Origin: Octopus sinensis
Taxonomy: Eukaryota
Assembly: GCF_006345805.1 (NCBI RefSeq)
Contig: NW_021823636.1
Location: 1 to 21,748 of the forward strand
Reading direction: 5' to 3'
Length of the DNA stretch: 21,748 bases
The notes beneath the pieces were generated by a model that was not told where the DNA came from, did no database searches, and worked only from the letters and a program-made list of their open reading frames with translations. This document shows positions 9,517 to 20,235 of this stretch, piece after piece. The translations under genes and the position numbers were made by a program. The first letter of the stretch is position 1; each line of letters starts with the position of its first letter.

Positions 9517-9818
9517 GTTTGTTCCTTCTCGAGCCACGCCTGGCTCATTAGGGCCGGTTTCCCGGTTTCCTTGGCGTTTAGGTTCTCCACCTGGACGGGA
9601 CGCCGGTCCGTCGCAGGTGAGCTGCAAGATGCAGGAGGAAAGAGTGAGAGAAAGTTGTGGCGAAAAGAGTCAGCAGAAGTTCGCCATTACATTCTGCCGG
9701 AGCCGCGTGGAGCTTAGGTGTTTCACTCATAAACACACACATCACCCGGTCCGAGATTCGAACCCGCGATCCCTCGACCGTGAGTCCGCTGCTCTAACCA
9801 CGAGGTCATGTGCCTCCA
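9517..9818 (-). mobile_element. SINE family C head with an alternative tail (gacggaccggcgtcccgtccagg...gaaggaacaaac)
   Basis: tRNA-like head (reverse complement tggttagagcagcggactc...gggttcgaatc) shared with 20891; TSD CATGCTTGAGCTT (9504-9516) / CATACTTGAGCTT (9819-9831), 12/13. Confidence 0.85.
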
Positions 9819-9829
9819 CATACTTGAGC

Positions 9830-10390
9830 TTAACCCTTTAGTCGAGCAAATCGACCACCAGGACTTATTCTTTGTAAGCCTAGTACTTATTCTATCGATC
9901 TTTTTGGCTGAACTGCTAGGTCACAGCTACGTAAACACACCAGCATCGGTTGTCAAGTGATGGTGTTGGGAACAAACACAGACACAAATACATACATACA
10001 TACATACATATATATATATATATACACACACATATATACGACGGGCTTCTTTCAGTTTCCGTCTACCAAATCCACTCACAAGGCTTTGGTCGGCCGAGGC
10101 TATAGTAGAAGACACTAGACCAAGGTGCCACGCAGTGGGACTGAACCCGGAACCATGTGGTTGGTAAGCAAGCTACTTACCACACAACCATACATTTATT
10201 CGCATTGTTTTAAATTAATTATGCATTATCTTGTAGCTTCTAGATTTTGATGATGTGATTGTTTATTTTTAGAATTACATTGTAGGGTAGGTGTGAAAGG
10301 CTTGATCTGGTCAGTTTAAGCATAAAACAGGTAGAATATTTCGGCCTGATAGTGTCTGATAGTGTCTGATAGTGTCTGTTAAAAGGTTAA
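9830..10390. mobile_element. piggyBac-like MITE (TTAA ends) interrupted by a SINE-A
   Basis: TTAACCCTTT (9830-9839) and AAAAGGTTAA (10381-10390) are inverted (9/10). The body at 10195-10380 resembles a repeat I recall from octopus genomes (unverified). Confidence 0.55.
9835..10190 (-). mobile_element. SINE family A, 3'-truncated
   Basis: Near-consensus match to copies at 14207 and 19812. Confidence 0.92.
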
Positions 10391-10400
10391 TTATCCTTCC

Positions 10401-10613
10401 TTCTATAGGCACAAGGCACAAAATTTTGAGGGAGGTGAGGGCTAGTCGATTATATCGTCTCCAGTACTCAACTGTTACTTATTTCATCGACCCCGAAAGA
10501 ATGAAAAGGAAAATCAACCTTGGCTGAATTTGAACTCATCGCGTAAAAATCAGGAAAAAATTGCCGCTATGCATTTTCTCTGGCGTGCTAACGAATCTGC
10601 CAGCTTGCCGCCA
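10401..10613 (-). mobile_element. SINE family B (second tail type)
   Basis: atcgaccccgaaagaatgaaa...aatttgaactc...ggcgtgctaacgaatctgccagc. Confidence 0.85.
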
Positions 10614-10633
10614 CGCTGGATCTTAACGATGCT

Positions 10634-11060
10634 TTCGAATTTTGGGCACAAACCAGCCTTTTCTGGGGAAGGTTAAGTCGATTGCATTGACGCCAGGGCT
10701 CAACTGGTACTTATTTCTTTGAACCCCGAAAAATGAAAAGCAAAGTCACCCTGGCGGAATTTGAACTCACAACCTAAAGTTCTGAAAAAATTCCACTAAG
10801 CATCTTGTTCGGCGTGCTAACGATTCTTATTTCTTTATTGCCCATAAGGGGCTAAACATAGAGGGGACAAACAAGGACAGACAAACGGATTAAGTCGATT
10901 ACATCGACCCCAGTGCGAGACTGGTACTTAATTTATCGACCTCGAAAGGATGAAAGGCAAAGTCGACCTCGGCGGAATTTGAACTCAGAACGTAACGACA
11001 GACGAAATACGGCTACGCATTTCGCCCGGCGTGCTAACAATTCTGTCGGACCGCCGCCTT
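10634..11060 (-). mobile_element. SINE-B/SINE-B composite (10634-10827 plus 10828-11060)
   Basis: Tail TATTTCTTT starts at 10828 directly after GGCGTGCTAACGATTCT; that 17-mer recurs at 11028-11044 with one mismatch. Confidence 0.9.
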
Positions 11061-11381
11061 GCTGGAGTTTAATAAGACCAAGTTATTTCGCAAAAGTCTT
11101 CATTATTTTCACAGTTAATGTAAACAAAATCAGTGAATTGCAATGAAAATATTGTGAAGAAACAATTAATAAATATCATGCTTTTTACTGAGTTATCTTA
11201 ACAGAATATTTTTTTGGCTTCCATCTGATTGAATACGAATTTCTTTTTGTAGGCAGAAGACATCGATTTAGCTAAATAAGGAGAAAAAATTGGAAGCGGT
11301 GCCCTTCATGCCCTTTCGCTAGGTATGTATTAGCACAAGGCAAGTCTGTCATGATACTGATCCGCCTGTACCCTATAATAA

Positions 11382-11671
11382 CAGGAGTCCCCAGCCGCCG
11401 AGCCGCGAACCAGTGCCGGGCCGTGGATAATTTGATACCGGACCGTACAGAAAGAATATTATATTTTTAAACCTTATTTTATTGGCTATCGCAGTCTGGT
11501 GGGTGTTTTTGCATTATGAATATATTACATATGTAACATGTATATAATATATATATATCATAGAGTATGTATTTTATTGTGTTTTGTTAGGTGTGTGAAC
11601 CCCAAGACTGTGGGAAAATTGTTTTGCATGAAACCAGTTCGTCGTGCAAAATGAAAGGGAGGGGACCGTAG
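11382..11671. mobile_element. hAT-Charlie (MER1-like) non-autonomous element
   Basis: Left end CAGGAGTCCCCAGCCGCCGAGCCGCGAACCAGTGCCGGGCCGTGG and right end AAAATTGTTTTGCATGAAACCAG...GGGGACCGTAG resemble both ends of MER1-type MITEs; no TSD preserved. Confidence 0.6.
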
Positions 11672-11905
11672 TTCTACGCCATTTACTAAACTCACACAAT
11701 AATCACAGCTGTTCTAGGCAGGCTACTACAGGTTATAAGAGATTGATGATTAGTCATGTTACAACTGACTGTGAAACGTCGGAAGCAGTAAATCGTCACG
11801 TGACAAACTTTAATCTACTGCAGAATAGCATAGCCCAGTTGCTAAAACATCGAGGTATTCTTTGAGCAGAATTTATGGCCTTGGTGAGTATCTTCAGATA
11901 CTGAG

Positions 11906-12881
11906 ATTGGTTGACTAGTATGTTGTTGTTTAGACTCGGATCGACTGCGACTCAGCAGACCTATGAACACTGGCGTTCCATCCGTGACCATCCATCTTTT
12001 TTTATTGGTTAACTAGTGTGTTGTTGTTTAGACTCGGATCGACCGTGACTAAGCAGACCTATGATCACTGGCGTTCCAGCCGTGACCATCCATCTTTTTT
12101 TATTGGTTAACTAGTGTGTTGTTGTTTAGACTCAGATCGACCGTGACTAAGCAGACCTATGATCACTGGCGTTCCAGCCGTGACCATCCATCTTTTTTTA
12201 TTGGTTAACTAGTGTGTTGTTTAGACTCAGATCGACCGTGACTAAGCAGACCTATGATCACTGGCGTTCCAGCCGTGACCATCCATCTTTTTTATTGGTT
12301 AACTAGTGTGTTGTTGTTTAGACTCAGATCGACCGTGACTAAGCAGACCTATGATCACTGGCGTTCCAGCCGTGACCATCCATCTTTTTTTATTGGTTAA
12401 CTAGTGTGTTGTTTAGACTCAGATCGACCGTGACTAAGCAGACCTATGATCACTGGCGTTCCAGCCGTGACCACCCATCTTTTTTATTGGTTAACTAGAA
12501 TGTTGTTGTTTAGACTCAGATCGACCGTGACTAAGCAGACCTATGATCACTGGCGTTCCAGCCGTGACCATCCATCTTTTTTTATTGGTTAACTAGTGTG
12601 TTGTTGTTTAGACTCAGATCGACCGTGACTAAGCAGACCTATGAACACTGGCGTTCCAGCCGTGACCATCCATCTTTTTTTTATTGGTTAACTAGTGTGT
12701 TGTTGTTTAGACTCAGATCGACCGTGACTAAGCAGACCTATGATCACTGGCGTTCCAGCCATGGCCAGCCATCTTTTTTATTGGTTAACTAGTGTGTTGT
12801 TGTTTAGACTCAGATCGACCGTGACTAAGCAGACCTATGATCACTGGCGTTCCAGCCGTGACCATCCATCTTTTTTTATTG
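11906..12881. repeat. Minisatellite, 10 units of 94-99 bp
   Basis: Units start at 11906, 12004, 12102, 12200, 12294, 12392, 12486, 12584, 12683, 12780; consensus ATTGGTTAACTAGTGTGTTGTTGTTTAGACTCAGATCGACCGTGACTAAGCAGACCTATGATCACTGGCGTTCCAGCCGTGACCATCCATC(T)6-8. Confidence 0.97.
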
Positions 12882-13147
12882 TAGTCGAATATTATTTTGA
12901 AGGACATGTAGCTCTTATTTCTTGTAGGCTGAGGGTCCCTATTGGGATTCCTTCTTTGGTTCCTATTAATGGTTGTCTGTGCATGAAGAGTTTAAAATTG
13001 AGGAGGATATTTCCAACATCAACAATATATATAATCAATACCAGATACTGAATTCAATCACAAGATAGATCAAAGCAACTACTCAATTATAAACAGATCG
13101 AATGTACAGATAAACTGATATAGATCCTACCAGCTTGCCATCCATTT

Positions 13148-13355
13148 TTTCTAATAAAGGCACGAGGCAATCAGTATTGAGAGGAAGTTGTCTAATAAAT
13201 GCCATTACGCCAGTAATTGGCAGATACTTTATCGATATTGAAAGGATAAAAAGCAGAGTTGACCTCAACGGGATTTGAACTCAGTGGGTAGAGATCCGGA
13301 AGAGATACTACTAAGTATTTAATCCGGCGCTCTAATGATTTTGCCAGTTTACGGC
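13148..13355 (-). mobile_element. Highly degenerate SINE family B copy
   Basis: tttatcgatattgaaaggataaaaagcagagttgacctc...gatttgaactca...ggcgctctaatgattttgccag. Confidence 0.65.
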
Positions 13356-13383
13356 GATATTCATTGGTCGGTAATTAAGTTTT

Positions 13384-13777
13384 TATAATTTGGAGCATAA
13401 GGCCAGCAATTTTGTGGGGAGGTGGCTAGTCAATTACGTCGACCCCAGTATTCAACTGGTACTTATTTTATCGACCCCGAAAGGATGAAAGGCAAAGTCG
13501 ACCTCGGCGGAATTTGAACTCAGAACGTAACGGCAGACGAAATACCTATTTCTTTATTGCCCACAAGGGGCTAAACACAGAGAGGACAAACAAGGACAGA
13601 CAGAGGGGTTATGTCGATTACATCGACCCCAGTGTGTAACTGGTACTTAATTTATCGACTCCGAAAGGATGAAAGCAAAGTCGATCTCGGCGGAATTTGA
13701 ACCCAGAACGTTAGGACAGACGAATGCCACTAACCATATTGTCCGGCGTGCTAACGACTTTACCAGCTTGCAGCCTT
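13384..13777 (-). mobile_element. SINE-B/SINE-B composite (junction 13546|13547)
   Basis: ...ggcagacgaaatacc|tatttctttattgccc..., the reverse complement of the junction at 18220|18221. Confidence 0.9.
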
Positions 13778-13906
13778 TCATTTTGCCTGCAATTAATAAA
13801 ATAAGTAACAGTGATATACTGGGGAGGTTCGTTCAATAGACTCTAATGCATGTTGCTTCTTTAACAGTATATCCTTCAGTATAAACGTGTGATTAATGCA
13901 AGATAT

Positions 13907-14199
13907 TGTGGAGGATTAAAGGAAGTGAAACAGAGGGTCTTCGGCTCACGATCACAAAGTCGTGAGTTCGATTCCCGGCGACGCGTTGTGTCCTTGAGCA
14001 AGACTCTTTATTTCACGTTGCTCCAGTCCACTCAGCTAGCAAAAATGAATAATCCTGTATTTCAAAGGGCCAGCCTTGTCACACCCTGTGTCTCGCTGAA
14101 TCCCTCTGAAAACTACGTTGAGGGTACACGTGTCTGTGGAGTGCACAGCCCCTTGCACGTTAATTTCACGAGAAGGCTGTTCTGTTCATCGGATCGACT
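13907..14199 (+). mobile_element. SINE family D: tRNA head + CORE-like GTGTCCTTGAGCAAG domain + tail shared with the family C copy at 20891
   Basis: B-box GAGTTCGATTCCC; tail cctgtatttcaaagggccagccttgtcacac...gggtacacgtgtctgtggagtgc is shared with 21086-21197. Confidence 0.85.
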
Positions 14200-14206
14200 A
14201 TTCGGT

Positions 14207-14450
14207 TACTCTTTACTCTCTACTCTTTTACTTGTTTCAGTCATTTGACTGTGGCCATGCTGGAGCACCGCCATTAGTCGAGCACATCGACGCCAGGACT
14301 TATTCTCTGTAAGCCTAGTACTTATTCTGTCGGTCTCTTTTGTCGAACTGCTAAGTTACGGGGACGTAAACACACCAGCATCGGTTGTCAAGCGATGTTG
14401 GAGGTGACAAACGCAGACACACAAACATATACACACACATACATACATAC

Positions 14451-14510
<60 letters not shown>

Positions 14511-14684
14511 CATAATACATACATACATACATACAACGGGCTCCTTTCAGTTTCCGTCCACCAAATCCACTCACAAGGCTTTGGTTGGCCCGAGGCTATA
14601 GTAGAAAACACTTGCCCAAGATGCTACGCAGTGGGACTGAACCCGGAACCATGTAGTTCGTAAGCAAGCTACTTACCACACAGC
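14207..14684 (-). mobile_element. SINE family A, near full length
   Basis: Both halves plus a ~115-bp internal microsatellite and a (TACTCT)n-like tail end. Confidence 0.93.
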
Positions 14685-14967
14685 GTCCTTTCCAATGCTA
14701 TTTGAATTAACGAGAAAAATATTTTTATCGCGATGTTTTATGGTTTTCTTTTTTTTTTCCTTTTTGTTTTTTTTTGGGGGGGGGGCTAGCTCTGTTCTTC
14801 CTTGGCTTTTGAATTTTGAATAAATTTTTCTCTCTCCAGACGTCTGAAGATGGACTGTCAGGTAAAAAAAAAAAATAATAATAATAAAATTAAATAAATG
14901 GCAAAGAAAATTTATCTGGCAACCCAAAATATAAGTACATATGTCAGTGCCTGCTTGAAGCCCTTTG

Positions 14968-15311
14968 GACGTGGTGCTGTGCTGCGGTAGCGAACTTTAA
15001 ATTATGTAACTGCGACGTGGGTTTCTTAACCAGGCAGTCATACTTGCGCCAGATGTTTTCTCAAAGCTTACTGAACGACGTGGTATGATACAGAAATATT
15101 TAACGGTTCTGGGGACTTGAAGCCGTTGACAAACAGTAAGGCAATAGAAGAGAGAGGGGCGAGACAGACAGATAGAGTATGTGTGCCTGTGTGTGTGCTT
15201 GCGTGAAGTCGTTTTGCGGACGTGTGAAAGTGTCTAGCGGGAAAAAAATATCTTGAAAAAACAAAGCAAATATTGCCAACCTTATTCGCCTGTTATAATT
15301 ATATGACGTGG
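14968..15311 (+). promoter_or_regulatory. Candidate cis-regulatory cluster of GACGTG(G) sites
   Basis: GACGTGG at 14968, 15014, 15077 and 15305, GACGTG at 15219, all on one strand in repeat-free, CpG-rich DNA. Confidence 0.3.
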
Positions 15312-15634
15312 CCATTTTTTTTCTTTTTTGACACAGAGATTCAACTGCTATTTCTAGCTATTTCTAAAGACCACTTAGAGCCCAACCCACGCCAACTCTA
15401 TTTTATTCAATGGTTGCATCGGTGGTGATAACATCAGTGATTGCGACCATCTGCCTCGATATTACAATGTACTTTTGTACACAAAGTAACTTTGACAGCC
15501 ATTCACCACTTCGCATTCCCTTTGGGCGTGGTCTTCTCGGTGACTCATCTTGTTTTCCCGCCATTTTCATTGCATCTGCTGTAACTCAATCTGTTTATTG
15601 CCACCACCCATGTTCCACAGGAAATGTTCATAAG

Positions 15635-15697
15635 TATCATCGTCATCATCATCGTCATCATCATCGTCATCGTCATCATTATTACCATCATCATCGT
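15635..15697. repeat. (CAT)n/(CATCGT)n microsatellite
   Basis: Direct reading. Confidence 0.9.
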
Positions 15698-16023
15698 CAA
15701 GAGGAAACAATATTTTTTTTTTGTATTATATAAAGCTTTCGTTCTGTTGCGTGGTGGACTCCTGTCAGTTTAGCAGACAGAAGTCTTCCATCAATCGTGA
15801 TAACAGCACGGTTGCTTGCCAGAAATATTGATTACGGTCATTTTAGTATCCATTTATCTCAAGGACTGTAGATTGCCAGAGCAATATATATAAAAAAAAA
15901 AACTTAATTGTGTTTATTTACATTGACCTTGAAATTTCATAAACCTGCCAAAGAGTTTGCTGGACAGCAATGTCTCTGGTCGCAATTCTCGTTCACCTGG
16001 TGTGACGTGCGTGACTGGCTCAT

Positions 16024-16660
16024 TGGCTGTGTAGCAAGAAGCTTGCTTCCGAACCACATGGTTCCGGGTTCAGTCCCACATGAGTGACACATTGGGCAAG
16101 TGTCTTCTTCTATAGCCACAGACCGACCAAAACCTATGAGTAGATTTTGAAGATAGAATCTGTAAGGAGCCCGTCATTATATATATATATATATATAATA
16201 TATATTATATCTATATATATATATATATATATAATATATATACACATACATACATACTATATAGTGTGTGTGTAATATGTATGTTTATGTATGTACGTAT
16301 GTATGTATGTATGTATGTATGTATGTATGTATGTATGTATGTATGTATGTATGTAGGTATGCATGTACGTATGTATATAGGTATGTATGTATGTATGTAT
16401 ATATGTATATAGATATGTATGTATATATGTATATAGATATGTATGTGTGTGTGTGTATTTGTGAGTCTGTATTTGTCCCCCCACCATCACCTGACAACCG
16501 ATGTTGGTGTGTTTACGTCCCCGATAGAAAGCTACCGATAGAATAAGTACTAGGCTTACAAAGAAGAACTCCTAAGGTCGATTTCTTCGACTAAAACCCT
16601 TAAGGCAATGCTCCCACATGGCCGCAGTCAAATGACTGAAACAAGTAAAAGAATAAAAGA
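16024..16660 (+). mobile_element. SINE family A with ~295-bp internal microsatellite
   Basis: A-box-like TGGCTGTGTAG, B-box GGTTCAGTCCC, TTGGGCAAGTGTCTT, and 3' half ending gaaacaagtaaaagaataaaaga. Confidence 0.92.
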
Positions 16661-16669
16661 AAACACTCC

Positions 16670-16695
16670 ATATATATATATATAATATATATATA

Positions 16696-16737
<42 letters not shown>

Positions 16738-16750
16738 TATATAATATACA
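16670..16750. repeat. (TA)n microsatellite
   Basis: Direct reading. Confidence 0.93.
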
Positions 16751-17013
16751 CATGTGTATATTGTTTTAATAAAGTATGTGATTGAGTATTATCTGGTAAT
16801 TGATATTTGATTTAGATGTATTTCTCCATTTTCTTATCTTGTATTAGTAATTTGTGGTAAATCATTTTACCTTTGCCCATATAATACAGTAAATGAATTG
16901 ATTGCATCGCAATCATTAACATTTATGTATTAACTTTGTTGGGTACTTCACTAGCAGTATATTGGATATATATATCCCATAGAGGGTTGCATTTACAACC
17001 CCTATCTCAATTT

Positions 17014-17115
17014 GTATATATATATACATGTGTGTATATATATATATATATTATATATATATATATTATATATATATATATATATACATACATACATACA
17101 TACATACATACATAC

Positions 17116-17147
<32 letters not shown>

Positions 17148-17155
17148 CATATATA
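17014..17155. repeat. (TA)n/(TACA)n microsatellite
   Basis: Direct reading. Confidence 0.93.
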
Positions 17156-17498
17156 TTACCACTTGCCTGAGTTGTCAAATTCTAGTATAAAAAAAATAAT
17201 CAATGCAATTCATTGATCTTTCATAATCTCTGTCTCTGGCTGTTATATAGGTCACACGGGACCGGCCCAGACACCGCAAAAAGCCGAAAGAATCACCACA
17301 AGCTATTTTGTCTTATGTAAAATACTGATATCAGCAATGGCCTCATTAAACATCACATTAGTAATCTCCGATAGCATAGCCACAGTAAACAAACACCCTT
17401 AATCAGAAATTTTTCAAATATCTGACATTCTAAGCTCACTCAGCGGAGACAGTCACATAAATTTAGAAATATGTATCTTGCATTTGGACTCAGAAATG

Positions 17499-17880
17499 TT
17501 TCTTTCTGCGATAGGTACAAAGCCTGAAATTTGGGCTCAACTGGTACTTATTTTATCGGCCCCGAAAGGATGAAAATCGAAGCAAAGTCGATCTCGGAGT
17601 TATTAGATTCAGGACGCAAAACCAGAAGAAACATCGCTGAACATTTTTGTCTGTCGTGCTAAAGATTTTGCCAGCTCACCGTCTTGGGCCCACAAATGAT
17701 ATTCCTGTCTATTTTAGTACGGGGCGTGAAATTTTAGACCCCAGTGCTCAGCTGGTATTTATTCTATCAACCCCGAAAGAATGAAAGGTAGAGTCGACCT
17801 CGGCGAAATTTGAACTCAGGACGTAATGGCGGATGAAATTCCACTAAGCATTATACCCGGCACGTTAATGATTTCTGACC
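17499..17880 (-). mobile_element. Two degenerate SINE family B copies in tandem (17499-17685, 17706-17880)
   Basis: Each has ctggta(c/t)tt..tc..ccccgaaag.atgaaa...gtcga.ctcgg. Confidence 0.8.
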
Positions 17881-17993
17881 AAAAACAATTTTAAAGTCCA
17901 AAAACTTCTGGAAGAGACAAAATCCCAAAATATACACCCAAAACACTTTTTGCCGAAAGGTATCATTGCTATTACAATATCTACAACACTCTT

Positions 17994-18375
17994 AAGGTGG
18001 CGGGATGGCAGAAACGTTAGCACGCCGGGCAAGATGCTTAGCGGTATTTCGTCTGCCGCTACGTTCTGAGTTCAAATTCCTCCGAGGTCGACTTTGCCTT
18101 TCATCCTTTCGGGGTCGATAAATTAAGTACCAGTTACGCACTGGGGTCGATATAATCGACTTAATCCCTTTGTCCTTGTTTGTCCTTTGTGTTTAGCTCC
18201 TTGTGGGTAGTAAAGAAATAGGTATTTCGTCTGCCGTTACGTTCTGAGTTCAAATTCCGCCGAGGTCGACTTTGCCTTTCATCCTTTCGGGATCGATAAA
18301 TTAAATACCAGTTGCGTACTGGGGTTGATCTAATCGACTGGCCTCCTCCCCAAAAATTTTGGGTTTTGGACACGA
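17994..18375 (+). mobile_element. SINE-B/SINE-B composite (junction 18220|18221)
   Basis: Full head and type-1 tail ...taaagaaata|ggtatttcgtctgccg... followed by a type-2 tail gactggcctcctcccc. Confidence 0.92.
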
Positions 18376-18406
18376 TACACAAACATGATAGACGTTCTGT
18401 CTGATT

Positions 18407-18438
18407 AAAAGATGGTATGGTCACGAATGGAACGCCAG
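18407..18438 (+). repeat. Dispersed copy of the minisatellite unit core (opposite orientation)
   Basis: AAAAGATGGTATGGTCACGAATGGAACGCCAG versus reverse-complement unit AAAAGATGG-ATGGTCACGGCTGGAACGCCAG (1 gap, 2 mismatches). Confidence 0.75.
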
Positions 18439-19195
18439 CCGAACAACAAATAGTAGAACACAGATCAACACACAGATCGGACAATAAATCAATGACTTGT
18501 TCTTAGTCGTCCAACCGTTTTCCTTGATGCCATAAAGACTGAGAGACCAGGTCTGACTTGGAAACTTGGAATTAATCTGCAATAATGTCTGACAAGATCT
18601 TCGAATGTATTGTGGACTCTAAAAATAATATGATAAAGGAGGGGGAAATATTTTATCTCGAATGACGAACACTAAGCCGAGTATCAAACATTTTATCCGA
18701 TGTAACTAATACTCTATCGTATATCAAATATTTTATCGCACGTGATTTACGTTTTATCGATAGATACTAATACAAACAAACCGGTCTATGTTTATCTTTC
18801 CGGTATGTGCAGCGATAAAAGTAATTTCTTTATCTCCAACGATTTTAAAGGCCAAAACCATACCTCCCCTACAAAAACAATCATCATTAGTAAAACGATT
18901 CCAATCCACTGAAACTAATAGAGCAATATCTATATCAAGTAATTGTGTTATTTGTAAGTATCGAAGTTCATTTAATGCCATCCATTATGAGAAAGAATCT
19001 TTAATGACTGAAGTTATATATTATTGATACTCTAATTAATGACATCGATTTCTAAAATGCTAAATTTTCGTTTTCAGAAACACAGTCAAATCGTCAAAAA
19101 CAATCACAGCTGGTATTTATGTGGTTAAAGGAATTAGTAATTGCTGGTAGGGACACCGTATTTCGTTATGCAACTGTAATATACTACCGAGTATA

Positions 19196-19333
19196 TTCTT
19201 TTACTCTTTTACTTGTTTCAGTCATTTGACCGTGGCCATGCTGGAGCACCGCCTTTAGTCGAGCTAAACATACCACCATCGTTGTCAAGCGATGTTAGGG
19301 GGACAAACACAGACACACAAACATATGCACATG

Positions 19334-19394
<61 letters not shown>

Positions 19395-19528
19395 TACGAC
19401 GGGCTTCTTTCATTTCCGTCTACCAAATCCACTCACAAGGCTTTTGTCGACCCGAGGCTATAGTAGAAGACACTTGCCCAAAGTGTCACGCAGTGGGACT
19501 GAACCCGGAACCATGTGGTTCGTAAACA
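19196..19528 (-). mobile_element. SINE family A with internal deletion
   Basis: gtcgagctaaacataccaccatcg skips about 90 bp present in other copies. Confidence 0.9.
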
Positions 19529-19811
19529 AAGAATTTGAAGTCAATGCTGTGTCCTGTCTGTGTTAGCAGTGCGATACAGTCACTTTTTAAAGATTTTCTA
19601 TAGAAATAAGAGACAACATTGAAAATTACGACGGTTCCTATACGAACACGTCTAATGTAAACAATGCGATCGGAGACAGAAAAATTGGTAATGGGTGTAT
19701 ACACACGTTTCAATTCTTGCTCCTTCTTCGGCACTACATTCAACCCATTAACAATCCATGAACACTCGGCTTAAATAGTCACTAAATTTAGCTGTGTAAC
19801 ACAATTAGATA

Positions 19812-20048
19812 TACTCTTTTACGCTTTTACTTGTTTCAGTCATTTGACTGCGGCCATGCTGGAGCACTGCCTTTAGTCGATCGTGCAAATCGACCCCAGG
19901 ACTTATTCTTTGTAAGCCTAGTACTTATTCTATCGGTCTCTTTTGCCGAACCGCTAAGTTACGGGGACGTAAACACACCAGCATCGGTTGTCAAGCGATG
20001 TTAGTGGGGTGGGGACAAACACAGATACAGAAACATATACACACACGT

Positions 20049-20080
<32 letters not shown>

Positions 20081-20235
20081 CAGGCTTCTTTCAGTTTCCG
20101 TCTACCAAATCCACTCACGAGGCTTTGGTCGGCCCGAGGCTATAGTAGAAGACACTTGCCCAAGGTGTCATACAGTGGGACTGAACCCGGAACCATGTGG
20201 TTCGTAAGCAAGCTACTTACCACACAGCCACTCCT
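19812..20235 (-). mobile_element. SINE family A, full length
   Basis: Near-consensus on both halves. Confidence 0.94.

Noticed and set aside
9720-9818. tRNA-like sequences here and at 13907 and 20891
   Set aside because: They are SINE heads continuing into repeat bodies, with no closable cloverleaf or terminator.
11253-11322. Exon-like segment with strong acceptor and donor
   Set aside because: Stops in all three frames; could only be non-coding or terminal, with no further support.
11906-12881. CRISPR-like appearance of the regular array
   Set aside because: There are no unique spacers: the whole 98-bp unit is repeated, and the context is eukaryotic.
17251-19112. Further acceptor-led candidate exons at 17251 and 19078
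   Set aside because: Weak donors, no recognisable peptide, and 19078 overlaps a repeat-like segment.
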